Assembly (NCBI RefSeq): GCF_004010195.1
Contig: NC_057727.1
Coordinates: 10,978,132 to 11,042,131 of the forward strand
Length of the DNA stretch: 64,000 nt
Direction of reading: 5' to 3'
From: Chiloscyllium plagiosum
Taxonomy: Eukaryota
Position numbers and translations under genes: made by a program. Under the pieces are notes generated by a model. It ran no database searches and was not told the origin of the DNA. It saw only the letters and a list, made by a program, of their open reading frames with translations. Of the stretch, positions 1-13,855 are shown piece by piece; position 1 is the stretch's first letter, and the number at the start of each line of letters is the position of its first letter.

Positions 1-35
1 GATGTTTATCTTAGCCTGCTGGACAAACTTTCCTC

Positions 36-129
36 ATTCCTGAAGAAGGGCTTATGCCCGAAACGTCGATTCTCCTGTTCCCTGGATGCTGCCTGACCTG
101 CTGCGCTTTTCCAGCAACACATTTTCAGC
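36..129 (+). mobile_element. Penelope-type pseudo-LTR fragment with minimal hammerhead core
   Basis: CTGAAGA-A-GGGC-TTAT-GCCC-GAAAC-GTC (40-67), then the GATGCTGCCTGACCTGCTG..TTTTCCAGCA tail that recurs more than 10 times in the window. Confidence 0.7.
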
Positions 130-136
130 ATTTTTC

Positions 137-535
137 TTGGGAGCGTAGCAGACTGACAGGGAACTTTATGAAGGTGTATAAGACCATAAGAGGCATGGAT
201 AAGGTGAAAATATGCAGTCTGTTTCCTAGGGTGGGGGAATCGAAGACAGGAGGGCATCAGTTTTAGGTTAATGAGGAAGCAAATAAAAGGGAACCTGAGG
301 GGCAACTTTTTTCACAGGGTGGTATGCATATGGAATGAGCTGCTAGTGGAGGCAGTTGGGGCAGGTACATTAACAACATTTTAAAGGCATTTGGACAAAT
401 AGACGGAGACGAAAGCATTAGAAGGATATGGGCCAAGTGCAGGGAAATGGGATTAGCGTGGATGAACATTTTGGTCGGCATGGACCAGTTTAGGCCAAAA
501 GGCCCATCTGCATGCTGTAGGACTCTGACTCTAAG
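137..535 (+). mobile_element. CR1 LINE 3' fragment
   Basis: Translates to the CR1 ORF2 C-terminus (RLTGNFMKVYKTIRGMDKV..LFPRVGESKTGGH); ends in a GACTCT microsatellite tail. Confidence 0.8.
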
Positions 536-1599
536 TTTCATAACATCCTATAGGAGGGAGACTAGAATTGCACATAACATTCCAAAAGTGACCTAACCAT
601 GTCCTGTACAGCTGCAACATGACCTCCCAACTCCTATACTTAATGCTTTGACCAATAAAGGAAAGCGTACCAAATGATGTCTTCACTATCCGATCTAGTG
701 AAACCTGGATTACAGGGTAAGTGACATTGTAGTAGAAAGTTACATTTGTGTCATGACATCACAGTTCAGTTCTCCAAAATTTACTGTTTGCAGAAAGCAT
801 TTTGGTTTAAAATACTGGATGGCAGAAGAATACAGGTTGGCAGAAAAGCTTCAGACCAATTAGATTGACCAGTGCTTTTCCATTGGGCCTACTTCAATAG
901 CTTGGTGACAATGCTATTTCACTGATTCACTGCAATGATTGACTGTAGCGCTAGAGACTGGGTGCTCTCATCTTTTCAAGTTTCTACAGTTTAGCTATAG
1001 AAGTGTAAATTTTTTCTTCAAACTATTTTTAAAATTGCACATTAACTGTGATACATTAAAAAGCAAGCAGATTTCTTTTAGGGAAAAGTCAGTCCCCTAC
1101 TTTACCTGTTGAAGAAAATACAAAAAGATTATGTTGGCATTCAGTTGGACAGGCACATGCTTTTTTAGTATCTGGGAATGGGTGTAACCAAGCATTTTGC
1201 CTTTGGTGCGAATCATGTGCTAACACAGAGTAATGCTGACAAGCTGCTTATTTGCGTGTGAATTTCATTGAAATATACAAGTTTCTGAAGGGGTTTGACA
1301 GGATCGATACTGTTGGAGGGCAGTGGTTGGCAAAATTGGTCTCCAGGTAAGAGGACACTGATTAAAGACTGACTTGAGTTTGTTCCCTCAAAGGGTTGGG
1401 AATCTTTAGAATTCTCTGCTACTCCAATACTGACCATATTTATAAGGCTGAGATAGATGAACAGATTTTTCGGTCTTTGGGAATCTGAATATGTGTAGCG
1501 CGTGTATCTCTGGAGTTGAGATCAATGTATTGAATTGTGAAACAGGCTCAATGGCCTGTATGGTCTACTGCTAATTCTTAAGCTTTTGTGACAATCATC

Positions 1600-1812
1600 G
1601 GAGCTGAAAATGTGTTGCTGGAACAGCGCAGCAGGTCAGGCAGCATCCAGGGAACAGGAGAATCGACATTTCAGGTATAAGCCCTTCTTCAGGAATCCTT
1701 CTGCCCGAAACGTCGATTCTCCTGTTCCCTGGAAGCTGCCTGACCTGCTGCACTGTTCCAGCAACACATTTTCAGCTCTGATCTCCAGCATCTGCAAACC
1801 TCACTTTCTCCT
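1600..1812. repeat. Fold-back pair of Penelope pLTR fragments
   Basis: Minus copy ~1600-1696 abuts plus copy ~1703-1812; near-perfect inverted repeat. Confidence 0.75.
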
Positions 1813-2118
1813 GACAAATTTAGGCTAGCTTCTAACTTTCATTAAAAATGAATAAAGTATGCAACTATAGCACTGCAGTTGAGTTGCAAATATGTAGTTA
1901 GTTCTGATTAACACTACTAAACTATATTTCCATATGGGTGCTCCTTGCCTTGGATTTGTAGTAAAATCAAGCCTTTTTTGACATTGGCTTTTGATTGAAG
2001 TTTTTGCTTTCAGTAACAATAATTCAGCTAATTTTTAACAGAATTCCAGTTAAAGTAATTACTGTCAACCTGATGTGCCTGGCCTAATAAAAGTATTAAT
2101 TCTATGTTTTGTTTTCAG

Positions 2119-2222
2119 CCGTTACGTGAAAGTGTGCAAGGAAACGTATGAAAACTATAGCTCTGGATCTCTGAGTATTGACAATGGCCTGTCTAGTGAG
2201 CCAAATGGTATTAATGATGAAG
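2119..2222 (+). CDS. USP4: USP4 ubiquitin-specific protease, internal coding exon
   Basis: ttttcag| RYVKVCKETYENYSSGSLSIDNGLSSEPNGINDE |gtacga; RYVK matches USP4; phase joins next exon. Confidence 0.8.
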
Positions 2223-4236
2223 GTACGACTGTGTGTTAACCTAGACATCTCTTATAATAATATATAAGTTCAAAGTGCAGCTGATTTATCTGGAACTTGT
2301 CATATTAATGTCTTCCTGTAATAATTGTGCCTGTTGCTTTTAGAAAAAGATGGTTTTAAGGGCCAATTTAATTGCAAGTCATCATTCCATAAAGATTGTT
2401 GCAAAACCTTGTTTTGCCTCTTGTGTAACATGTCGTAAATCACCGAGCAATTGTTATTTAGAAAATTAAAGTTACAGCACCGATGCAGGTCTTTTAGGCT
2501 GTAATTTCATTGCCATCTCTTTACAAGATAAATTTGCCTTGTCCTCAAGATCTCCCTTTTCCCTGTAGCCCTGCAGATGTTTTCCATTCAATCATTATCC
2601 AATTTCCTTTTGAAGGCTGTGATTGAATTTGAATGCATTCCAGATCCCGACCACATGCAGACTGAAATAGTTTATTCTCATACCACCTTCAGTTTTTGTC
2701 ATGTGCCTTTAAATTAGCATCCTCTGCTTCTCAATTTTTTGATGTTGTCAAAATACTAAATTCAAATTTGATTGGATTTTGATATCATGGATCATAATTT
2801 TAAAAAAGCCGAATTTGCATTTGTTTTTCTATCATGGCAACTCAGCTACACTATTCGTTTCACAGACAAATGTTGCATTTTAACTTCTTTCAGTATACCG
2901 TGTGCCAGCTTCCAGTCTCTCAAAGGTGCAGTACACACCTACATCTTAATAACAAGTGATTTCAGGTTTTATCAGCTGCAAATGTTGAAATTGTGTCTTA
3001 AGCAATCAAGTCTAGGTTGTTAATACAGATCAAAGGATTAGTCCTCCTCCCAACATCTGCATACCTCTTACTTGTCTACAAACTACTACTGTTTCCTATC
3101 ATTTGACCAAGCTGTTTATCCAGCCACTATTCCTTTTATTGCATTGGGTTCAGCTTTGCTGACAAATCTGTTATATGGCATTTTGTCATGCACTTTTGAT
3201 AATCTATATACATTCCAACGATCTAACCCTCATCAACCTCCTCTGTAACTTTATCAAAATGAAGTTAATGATTGGTGCAGTTACAATAATGGTTTGTCTT
3301 TTAGCAAGTTTGAATTCACTGTCCCTAATTAATCTATATTTTTCCAGTTGACCATTAAATTTGGAATTATTGTTTCTAAAAGCATTCCCACCATCAAGGC
3401 TAAACACACTGACCTATATTGCATGGATTATTCGTGTATTCTTTTGAACACCTTTGTTGTGTTTGCAAATCTCTGGTCCTTTGGAAACAAAGGAAGATTA
3501 TGGTCAGTAACTGTACGGGTTCATCTTTACTTCCTCAATATCTTCAGGTGCATCTCATACAGTCACAAAGGTTCATCAACTTTAAGTACAACCAGCCACC
3601 ACCTTATCAATTTTTAACTCTTTTATCCTCTTAACAACTTTGACTCTCACTGACTTTGGCCAGCACCTTACTGATAAAAGCTGATACAGCATAGTACCTC
3701 AATCATGCCTATGTCAGAAATAACCCCCCTTTGATCTCAAATATGCTGTTATTTTCTTATTAGTAGCTTTTTACTATTTGTGTCTGTAGAAGACTCTTGA
3801 ATTCTCTTTTCATATTATCTGCTTGTTTCTTTTCATACTTGTCATTTCTTTTATTACTTTTTTCACTTCTACTCTGAACTTTCTGGATGAAGTAAGGTTG
3901 TCAATTTCAACTTGACATCTGTCATGTGCACCTTTTCTTTCTTTCTTCTTGCTCACCATCTCTTCCTTCAGCCAGAAAACACTGGCTCTGCTTTAATCTA
4001 TTGTTCCCGCTTCATGGGAATGTACCTCCATTGTACTTGAGCCAACTCCTTTTTAAAGGCAGTTCCATGACAATTTTGCCATAAAACTAAAAGCTAACAC
4101 TTATTGAATAAACATATGTTTGCAAGAGTTTTATAGAAACTTGGACAGATGTTTTTAGACAACACGGTAATGAAACTTCAAATTAGCAACTTAATTTTGA
4201 GTTTGTTTCTTATGATTTATGTCTTGCATTCTTTAG

Positions 4237-4488
4237 GTGAGGAGGAGATGGATCTGCAAACTGCAGTGGGAGATAATGAGGAAATTAGTTCTGAACCTGA
4301 AAACAGCCAGTCTGATGGCTCTGCAGCTGATGAGAATGATAAGATGGAAAATGGGCCGACCAAGCGCACCACCAAAGGAAATAAACAGAAGTGTAAAAAG
4401 AAGCTATTCAGCTTCAGCATGGTGAATGCCTATGGCACCTCAGATTTCAGCTCCATTGCAGAAGATGGGACATACCTCAAGTTAAACT
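4237..4488 (+). CDS. USP4: USP4 coding exon
   Basis: ctttag| GEEEMDLQ...KKLFSFSMVNAYGTSDFSSIAEDGTYLKLN |gtaagt; matches USP4 LFTFSLVNSYGT region. Confidence 0.93.
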
Positions 4489-5315
4489 GTAAGTTACAAA
4501 GTTAAAATGGTGCTGAACACAATATGGCATCCACTGAACAAAATAAGTTTGTGTGAACTTTTTCTTTTCAAAGATTATGCACAATTGCACTTAGAATTTC
4601 CCATATCCAATCCACATCCAACTCATTAATGCCCTGAAGGAGGCTCTGGAGTTTATGCCATTTAAGAAAGTTACTGAAAGACTTTATATTTTGTTTCGTC
4701 GAAGAACTTTTGAAAATCTAAACAAATGATATCTGATGAATAGATTGTTTAATAATTGCATTGCTACCTTTAAAAAATCCACGAGAGTTTTGCCAAACAA
4801 CCTGTTCTTCTTGCTGCAATTATTTAACTTAAAAAATGTATTCGCACTGAAAGCTGGTTGCTGAGATTATCTAATGTCACATTTCCTTGTTAAAATGCAA
4901 TTGCTCCATTGTACATGGTAAAGCATCCTATTTTCTTGTCACCACCTTTCTTCCTGGTATTTTCAAGAAAAAAATCATGGATGTAACTTTAGCCATCAAG
5001 TATGTAAAGCTTACAAATGTGCACAATTTTCTTGTAGGTCAATTTGGCACACTTAAAATAAGCTGTCAGATTTTTTTAGGGTCACCTTTCTTGTTTTATA
5101 AATCTAAGGGTCACTTTGCTTACATGTGATTACGTTAAAATTTAGTGCCTAAGTTCCTCATTTAGAAACTCTGATTTTGATTGCAATCTGCAACTCGTTA
5201 ATATGATATCTGTGACATTTTTATATATGACCGTAAGCATGCAGCTTGGCACTTGAATTTGTTTTACTGATTTTCCCTTGATGTGACTCTGTGGAAATAT
5301 TTTGTTCTTCTCTAG

Positions 5316-5386
5316 CACATTCCACAATTGCTATAGACTGGGATCCTGAAATCAAAAAGATGTATTATGATGATCAAGAAGCTGAG
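5316..5386 (+). CDS. USP4: USP4 coding exon
   Basis: tctag| SHSTIAIDWDPEIKKMYYDDQEAE |gtaggt. Confidence 0.93.
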
Positions 5387-6039
5387 GTAGGTGGATTTTC
5401 TTTGGAATATTTTAGCCACCATTACAGTATATTACATTTTAGTGTTGCTTGCTATAAGGAAGTGAGGTAAACGAGAAAATAATATGTGGAGCCAGAACCT
5501 TGGAGATACAGTAAATGTTAGTCTTTTTAACTAAGACTTTAGAGCAGAGAAAATGGGTGAAGCAGTACTTCTGGTTAGGAATAGTGTGTGCAAGGGCATA
5601 GTGATCAGTTAGGTCGTGCTGTAACACATCTCCAAGTGGATTATCAACATGTATTAGGTCAATATTAGTGTTAATTCTGCCCCACTTTAGTTCCAAACAG
5701 CACACAGATATGGGAGTTCAGATACTATGGGATGAAATTTTGTATTACTTAGTTTTAGATTTGAATCATTTCTTGAACAACATTTGTGATTTGATTCAAT
5801 TGAATAGCATCAGTGAACATCTGTACTTAAGACCTTCATTATTCAGGCCACACAGTTCACTTTCAAGCAATATTTCCCAGGATGGGAATATGGAATAGAC
5901 TCATTGTATAAGCTCGAACAATTATTTCAATTGTGTTACAATGAATGTTAGAGTAAGCTAAGCCACAATGATCAAAGCAAAGTCAAAGAAGTGGAGCCTG
6001 TAGTCACATGAAAGCCACAGAATTAATAGTGTGTGCATT

Positions 6040-6500
6040 TGAAAAAGAGCTCAGATAGCTCAACTTATCCGTGCTTACCAGATATTAATCTATTCCCATT
6101 TGCTTGCATTTGGCCCATATCTCTCCAAACCCTTCCAGTTCATATACCCATCCAGTTGTCTCTTAAATGACATAATTGCGCAATCCTCCATCAATTCTTC
6201 TGGCGGTTCATCCTATACATGCACCACCATTTGCGTGGAGTTGTCGTTCCTTAGATCCATTGTAAATTTTACCCCTCTCACCTTAAACCTGTGCTCTCTA
6301 GTTTTGGATTAGCTGCTCTGGGCAAAAAACCTTGACTAATCATCCTATCCACGTCCCTCATGATTTTATAAATGTCTATAAGGTCACCCCTCTGACTCTT
6401 GACACTCCAGAGAAAATAGCCCCAGCCTATTCAGCTTCTCCCTTTCAGTCAAACCCTCCAACCCAGGCAATATCCTTGTAAATATTTTCTGAACTCTTCT
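6040..6500 (-). mobile_element. CR1 LINE 3' fragment
   Basis: Reverse complement of the CR1 3' end seen at 137-535. Confidence 0.75.
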
Positions 6501-6877
6501 TCAGTAGCTTGACATCACCATCTCCTGACTGAAAAAGCACTGTTTGTTGTTAATTTATATTCTTAAACATTCTGAAAGAATATGAACCAAAAGCCTATAG
6601 CCCATCTGTTGGATGGTTATCCAACTGGCACTAAGAATTTTCAGTTGCAAATGAAAATCCAGTGAACTTTAAAGTGTCAAAGATGTTTCTGGTATTTTAT
6701 AGGCTTGAGTGCAAAACATTTAATGATCAGTAAAAGAAATTAATTTTTCTTCTTAATTCTGCAAATTGATTTTGCAAGCTAGTGAATTGTACTGATTATA
6801 CACCAGTGGGTGAATAAGCTGTATTAGCAGAGACCTGGCTGAGGGAGAACCAAAGTGATTAACAGAATTAAACGATA

Positions 6878-7079
6878 CAGGACACTCTGCAATAATGTAC
6901 GTTTCATTCACGTGAATTCATTATAACGTGATTGAAGAATTGGCACACTGTTTCTAAAGAGCAAACTTTTAAAGCGCGTTGATTGTAACGTGATTACGAC
7001 GCCAACACTTTAAGCGCTGTTTCTAAAGCGCAATTTTTCTATAATGAGTTGCACAAGAACACGTCGCAATATAGTAGAA
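6878..7079. mobile_element. Tigger/pogo-like non-autonomous DNA transposon remnant
   Basis: TA-CAGG..TCTGC..TAA terminus related to the element at 23983; right end replaced by a CR1 tail. Confidence 0.45.
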
Positions 7080-7313
7080 GAAAGATTTAAAAGAGACCTA
7101 AGAGGCCATTTTTTCATGCAGAGCTTGGTGTGTGTATGGAATGAGGTGCCGGAGGAACTGGCAGAGACATCTAGATAGGTATATGAATAGGAACGGTTTA
7201 GAGGGATATGGGCCAAGTGCTGGCAAATGGCACTAGATTAGGTTAGGATACCTGGTCAGCATGGACAAGTTGGTCCAAACGGTCTGTTTCTGTGCTGTAC
7301 ACCTCTGACTCTA
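7080..7313 (+). mobile_element. CR1 LINE 3' UTR fragment
   Basis: Similar to the other CR1 3' ends; GACTCT tail. Confidence 0.7.
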
Positions 7314-8257
7314 ACTACAAAAAGTTCTTCTTACTTATTAAAGTACATTATGCAGTGTGAGAAGAACTGCAGTTTTTCTCCCTCCCTGCACATCTTCAAT
7401 CTGCCATTTTCTTTGCCTCTATCCTGAAGTCTATCAACTGCAAATGTATTTAAGCTACCACACATCATAGAAAATTATAACTCGAGCATCTTGACTGGTG
7501 CAAACGACCACTTAGCACATGATTGTCATTGCAAATATAAATCAGTAAAATTGGAGGGAATGGGAAGAAAATGCACACTGTGCATCTCAACTACTCACCT
7601 TCAGAAACATTCGCACCTCAACAGTAATGCAGTGAAATAGCACAAACTTTTGCACACATTTAACAAGTGGGTCCATCACTTGTGAAATATAAAAACATAA
7701 ATCGTAACATGTTTTCTATTAATATTAAACAGATAACTAAGATTCAAACAAGCTCTGAACTAAGATAATTTAGTCAAACAGATTCTAGTCACCATCAAAA
7801 CACTTAGAGGCTGGTATTGAGAAGAGTTGCAGGGTTTATTCTTATTGACAATAAATTATGAAGAAAGGTTGGAGAAACCTGGGCCTCTCTTGAAAGAGAG
7901 GAGAACACTGTTACTTCCACATCACATGACATTGTTGTGAAATATCCCTCCGTATTATCAGAATTTAAAGATGTCAAAAATAATTGAATGCCCAAAGTAT
8001 ATTGACACCCATTGAATATTGGTTAAATGCAGACACTGGCAAATGTGACCACTAATGTATACATAGCAAGTTGTATTTTGAAGGTTTAGACCAATTAATC
8101 ATTTTAATTTCTTAAACTGTAATCAAAAGCTGAGATTTATCATTCTTGCATTCTGAATATTTTGGCTATTTTGTCCATTCTCTTAAGATATTCAACATTT
8201 GCTGTGACCTTCATACGGCCTCAGCCTGTCATCATGGCTTTTAATTTTGAGATTTTC

Positions 8258-8830
8258 TAATCAACCCTTTCAGGGATGTTGTTACACAAGTGGGATTTGG
8301 AACCTGGACCTCCTGGTCCAGAGATGGTGGTAGTACCAGTATTATAAGGGCCCTCCTGGATTTTAATTTTGAAAAAATAGTTGCTTAATGAAGGTCCAGC
8401 TCCTCTTATTACTGTTTGAATTAGTCTTGACTGCTTACAAGTATCCTTCAGTCCCAAGTTGATGACACAATCAGTTTGGTAATCTCCAGCATTGGTTGAA
8501 ATAATTTGCCAAGAGATCCAGTTGGGAAAACATAAAAATAAATGGAACTAAATAACATTTGGCAAACATTTGGTAACGTTACCAAAGAAATCAGATAGCT
8601 GTTAATTGTTCAGATTTTATTTTTATAATTAAGTATGCTGATCTAGGAACTTTCTGATCTTGGTGTCCATGAAGGAAGGAAGTTTAAAACAAAGCTTTTT
8701 TTTTTAAATTTAGCCTATTTTCTAATCAACCTGTTCAGATGTTATTACATACCTCTGGAGTAGGTGAGACTTGAACTGGGCCTCTTGGTCCAGGGTAAGA
8801 ATTCTACCACTGTACCACAAGAGGACCCCT
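8258..8830 (-). mobile_element. Two decayed tRNA-derived SINE heads (~8258-8355, ~8722-8830)
   Basis: Minus strand shows A-box-like GTGGTACAGTGGTAG and B-box-like GTTCAAGTC; both copies share the CTAATCAACC end. Confidence 0.5.
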
Positions 8831-8919
8831 TAGAACAACTTATAAAGTAATTTGAGAGCACAGTTAGATAAGTGCTTCATGAAATGAGAATAATTTGCCA
8901 CCTCTTGTCACTTTTACAG

Positions 8920-9035
8920 GCATATGAAAAGCATGAATCCATGTCACAGCCTCAAAAGAAAAGAAGTTCAGTTGCATTAAGAGAGTGTATAGACTTGTTT
9001 ACAACAATGGAGACTTTGGGAGAGCATGATCTTTG
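8920..9035 (+). CDS. USP4: USP4 coding exon
   Basis: ttttacag| [39 protein letters not shown] |gttagt. Confidence 0.95.
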
Positions 9036-11296
9036 GTTAGTACACATCGTATCTGATTTGTCCCTCTTTTGTTTTAAAAGAATTCTACCACCAACTCTTT
9101 TGAGTCTTTCCCAGTGTTTCTGTACTTTGTGACCTTTCCACTGCCAGAGTAGAGTGTTTCAAATCTAAGTTCATGTGCAGCTTTGTAATCTGGTAAGGGG
9201 ACAATATTTTGTAGCTTGGCAAAAAGGCAAACTTAAATAATTGCAATAAAGTAACTGCAACTAATCGTCCACTGATGATCTGCAAGATCATCATAAGTAA
9301 ATAAAAGTTTTATATCATGTTATATGATGCATGTTTACAATGTACTGCAAGTTTTAATGTATTTATGCATCTTAATGTCACTGTTTTTGTTGTGAAAATG
9401 TAACCAAATGACGTAACCTAACAATTACAATTATTTAATCTTATTAGCCACCTTATGAGATCATCATCTGTTTATAAAGGCAACGGATGTTGGTGCAAAA
9501 TAAATGGTATTGTTCCCATTTTTGCCACTTCATGTCGCACATTAGCTTTGGCAAATTGCTTATGAAAATATCCTGTTGTAAACTGGTCCACCACATCTTA
9601 CTCTCTTAAGAGCAACCTCTCCTACAGCAGTGTGGCTTTCTCTTGTTTAATTTTCATATCTGCTACCCAGCTAGTAGTGTCCGTCTCCCTGTCCCCCAAG
9701 TAAAGTTGACAATTCGGTGCTTGCTGAAGACTACTGAAACTCTCTTCCTATAAGAAGGACATTATTGCTACCAATAAATTTTAAAAATCTTCACTCCCAT
9801 TCTTGGTTAAATTCAGCTCAATGACCCAGAAAGGAAAATGCAGTGCATGAATTAGTTTTCCTGTGGCTAACTCTAAAAGTCTGTTTTCTCAGACTTTAAA
9901 TTCCAATATATTTTTCTTACAAGTCTTTTGGTTAAAGCAACAGAAATCTTTCTAAATTGTAGGAATAGGAGCTTTCAAAAGCAGCAGAATCTTGTTCGAA
10001 ATAATGAGAGGACATTGTAAAGTCAAAGCTTTGTTCAGAAAAAAGCTTTTCATAAAGTGTTGTATTGAAATGGAAGATGTGCAGTGTCTTCTAAATGGAG
10101 ATATTGAAAGTTTAAAACAATTTCAGTTGGAATTTAATCTGTTTATTTCTGTGGCTTTCCTATAAAAGAGTTTAAATACTAAAGACTAATAGCAGCGTAG
10201 ATCTAGTGTTTATTATAAGCAGGCATTGATTGTTGGCAACCTGTTGTGAAGTCTTCATCAGAACAATTATTTTATCAATTTAATCAATGAAATCTGTTGT
10301 GGAAGCAGTAATTTACAATTGAGGATAGTGAGAGCTGTGATATTTTAGACCTAACCAAATAAAATAATTAAATTTTTGATGGATTTGTTGGCAGCAAAAG
10401 TCAGTCATTTAGATCAGTTTATTAGACATCATTGTACAAAGTGATTCTCTTCATCTACCAATGTGAGAATTTATACTGTCCCTTTGAGATAGCATTTACC
10501 ATTTCTTCAGTTGTTTAGTGGCGGAATTACAGAAAGTTGACTTGCTGTGTTAGTTGAGTTTCACTAATTATCATCCAAATTATTGAATTTTTTGGGAGTT
10601 TTTGCAGAACTCCGACTCTCCATAGATTAGGAGTTCTGCAATGTCTGACTTTTCATTCCAGGCTTCAGAAACTGTCAAAAATCAGACCATGCTACTCTCT
10701 CGACTACAATTCTTGACATCAGTTGGTGGCTCTGTGTCCCCATAGAGAAAATTCCTAATCCATTACATGAAAATAGACCTTACTCACCAGAGGAAATCCA
10801 AGCCCAAACTTTTAGGGTGCATTCATCAGAGCATAAATCATAATGGATTGACTTGTCCAAGCACCAGATATTGATTAGTTGGTTCATGATTATCCTGTTA
10901 GCTCTGAGATAACTTGTTCCAGTCATGTCATTAGTCAAAGGGAATAATTGGCAATTCCCTAGGTACGCTAGGGAAATATTGATCTACCGTGACATTTTAG
11001 ATCAGTACCCAGTGACAGTTGATGGACATTTTGTAAGAATTTTTTTGGCAAGTAAAAGTTAGGAATTGGCAGTATTTCCAAGGATTAGATAGATGCCAGT
11101 CAGGTAGACAGCCAGCTGTACACCAGCATCAGTATATTGTATTATAATGGAACAATAATATGTCATCAGGTGGGGAAGACTGAAGGAGAAACAAAATGGG
11201 GTCGAGAAGTTTTTTAAAAAAAAATTGACGACTAAATATGAAAGTTTAACAATCCATTTCTCTTTAAATTACATTTTTTGGGAAATGGTATGTTAG

Positions 11297-11473
<177 letters not shown>

Positions 11474-11521
11474 TGAGAATTCATTTTAGTGTGTGAAGCA
11501 TTTTATTTAACCAGGACAATG

Positions 11522-11692
11522 CAGAGGAATCTCGATTATCCGGCATTTTTATATGAATATCGAGTTATCGAGCAAGATCACAATGTCCTTGATGCTGGGC
11601 TCAACTGTTTTCTAGCAGTCGATTATCCAGAATTCGATTAACCAACTGAAATACTTCCTGCCCATGTCCTTCAGATAATCGAGGTTCCTCTA
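11522..11692. mobile_element. Tigger/pogo-like MITE
   Basis: TIRs CAGAGGAATCTCGATTATC / GATAATCGAGGTTCCTCT, TA flank. Confidence 0.7.
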
Positions 11693-12349
11693 TAATTGGA
11701 TTTGCTGCTGTGAAAATGTGGTTCACACCAAAGAATGATGCATATAAGTGCAAGGTTGTAGGTTCACACTTATAATCCTTAACAGCAAACTGTCCGCTTC
11801 CCATCTGTTAATACAAAATGGTATTGAACTAAAAATAGGCACGGGGAGGTTACTGATTTTGCCAAACCTTCTCTTTAATAGTATTACCTCTATGGTGTAA
11901 ACCTCTATCTCTTTAGAGCTGCTGCATTCCAGAAGATATGAAATTTGTCTGAGCTCTGTCCAACAAAATATTTTTATGGCCATCATTTTGGCCTATTGTG
12001 CAGATCACAAATAGTGTTTCCTATTTTCTGGCATGTATGTGCATCCATTGGGCATTTTAAAAACAAAATTCAGCAAAATGCTAGAGAAACTCAGTAGGTC
12101 TATATGGAGACAGAAGCACAGTTAACATTTCAAGTCCGCTATGACTCAGAAGATGGTATCAGACCTGAGTTTCTCCAGCATTTTGTTTCAGATTTCCAAC
12201 ATTTGCAGTAATTTGCATACTTTATTTTAAGAAAGTATTTCGGAAATAGAGAAGATTCCATTGTACTTAAATTTCTTGGTGTAGTTTTGCAACCGAAATG
12301 GAATATGAAACTTGAACGTCAAAGTGAAAGAACAGATGACTTTGAAATA

Positions 12350-12540
12350 GCAAGGACTGCAGATGCTGGAAGTCAGTTGATAAAATGCGGACCTGGAAAG
12401 GCACAGCAGGTCAGACAGGAGCAGGAAAGTCAACGCTTCAGGTCAAGCCCCTTCATGCCCTGATGAAGGACCCGAAACAAAGAACTTTCCTGCTCCTCTG
12501 CTGTCTGATCTGCTGTCTTTCCAGCTCCATGTTTTATCAC
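12350..12540. repeat. Fold-back pair of Penelope pLTR fragments
   Basis: Inverted copies centred near 12455; CTGATGAAGG-ACCC-GAAAC remnant. Confidence 0.65.
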
Positions 12541-12649
12541 CTGAAAGAACAGATGATCCCAGTTAGCCCAGATCGATATTTTAGAATACACTGTTATTGT
12601 CGAATTTGACTGGAAGGAAAAATCCCTTGCCCTCATCAACCCATGATTT

Positions 12650-13855
12650 ATCAATAGCCGTCTTTCTATCGTAAGGTCAGAAGTGAGGATGTTTGCCAAT
12701 GATTGCACGACATTCATCTTTTGCGACGACTCAGATACTGAAGCAGTCCATGTTCAAATGCAACAAGGTCTGGACAGTATCCAAGTGGCAAGTGAGCAGA
12801 CAAGTGGCAAGTAACATCTGTGCCCCACAGATGCCAGGTTGTGACCTTTGCCAATAAAAGACATTCTAACCGCCACCCCTTGATATTCAATGGTGTTACC
12901 ATCATTAAATTCCCCCACTATCAACATCCTGGTGTTATTATTGACTGGAAACTCAACTGGGCTTGCATATAAACAGAAGCTACAAGAGCAGGTCAGAGGC
13001 TAGGAATACTGCAGTGAGTAACTCACTTCCTGCCTCTCAAGCCATCTACAAGGCACAAGTCAGGAGTGTGATGGAATACACCCTAGATAAATGCAGTTCC
13101 AATAACATTCAAGCTTCCCATAATCTAGGACAAACCAGCACATTACCTGTACACACTGCTGCTCAGTACACAATCCTTTATCCGAAACACTCAGAACCAA
13201 CTGGTTTTCAGAATTCACAATTTTTCGAATTTCGGAATAAATGACAGTTTGACAGTGAAACTTAAAAACCTTACCAAACAGACTCACTGCGAGTACTACG
13301 AGCCCAGAGACAGAATTGAGGCCTGCCAGTGCTGGGCTACGCCCACCCACATCGCATCTGAATGACACACATCGAGTGGGTGTGGAGTTGGATTAAGTGT
13401 TTGCACACCAAACAGCCTTGTTAATGAGAAAAAACCTTTGCGAAACCCTTCAGATTTTGGAGCTTTTTGGATTTTGGGATTTCGGACAAAGGGTTGTCTA
13501 TCTGTACTACCTACAAGATGCACTGCAGAAGTTCACCAATGATCCTCAGACAGCACCTTCCAAACCCACAACCACTTCCTTCTAGAAGGATGAGGGCACC
13601 AGATATATGGAGAAACCACCATCTGCAAGTTCCCCTCCATGCCACTGTCCAGACTTGGAAATGTATTGACGTTCCTTCACTGTTGCTGAGTCAAAATCTT
13701 GGAATTCCCTCCCAAAGACATTGTGGGCCAACCCACAGCACACGGACTGCAGTGGTGCAAGAAGGCAGCTCACCAACACCTCTCGGGCACCTAGAGTCAG
13801 GCAGTAAATGCTGGCCAGTCAGCAATGCCCACGTCCCTCAAATGAATAAAATAAA
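12650..13855 (+). mobile_element. Decayed CR1/L2-group LINE 3' part, interrupted by a MITE
   Basis: Degenerate RT motif (MFANDC for FADD) and IYKAQVRSVMEY; same family as 28560-29860 (-). Confidence 0.7.
13169..13504. mobile_element. Tigger-like MITE
   Basis: TIRs ACAATCCTTTATCCGAAA / TTTCGGACAAAGGGTTGT, TA flanks. Confidence 0.65.

Noticed and set aside
1600-1812. miRNA-like hairpins at fold-back repeats (also 12350, 20202, 45439)
   Set aside because: Explained by the inverted insertion structure of Penelope pLTR pieces
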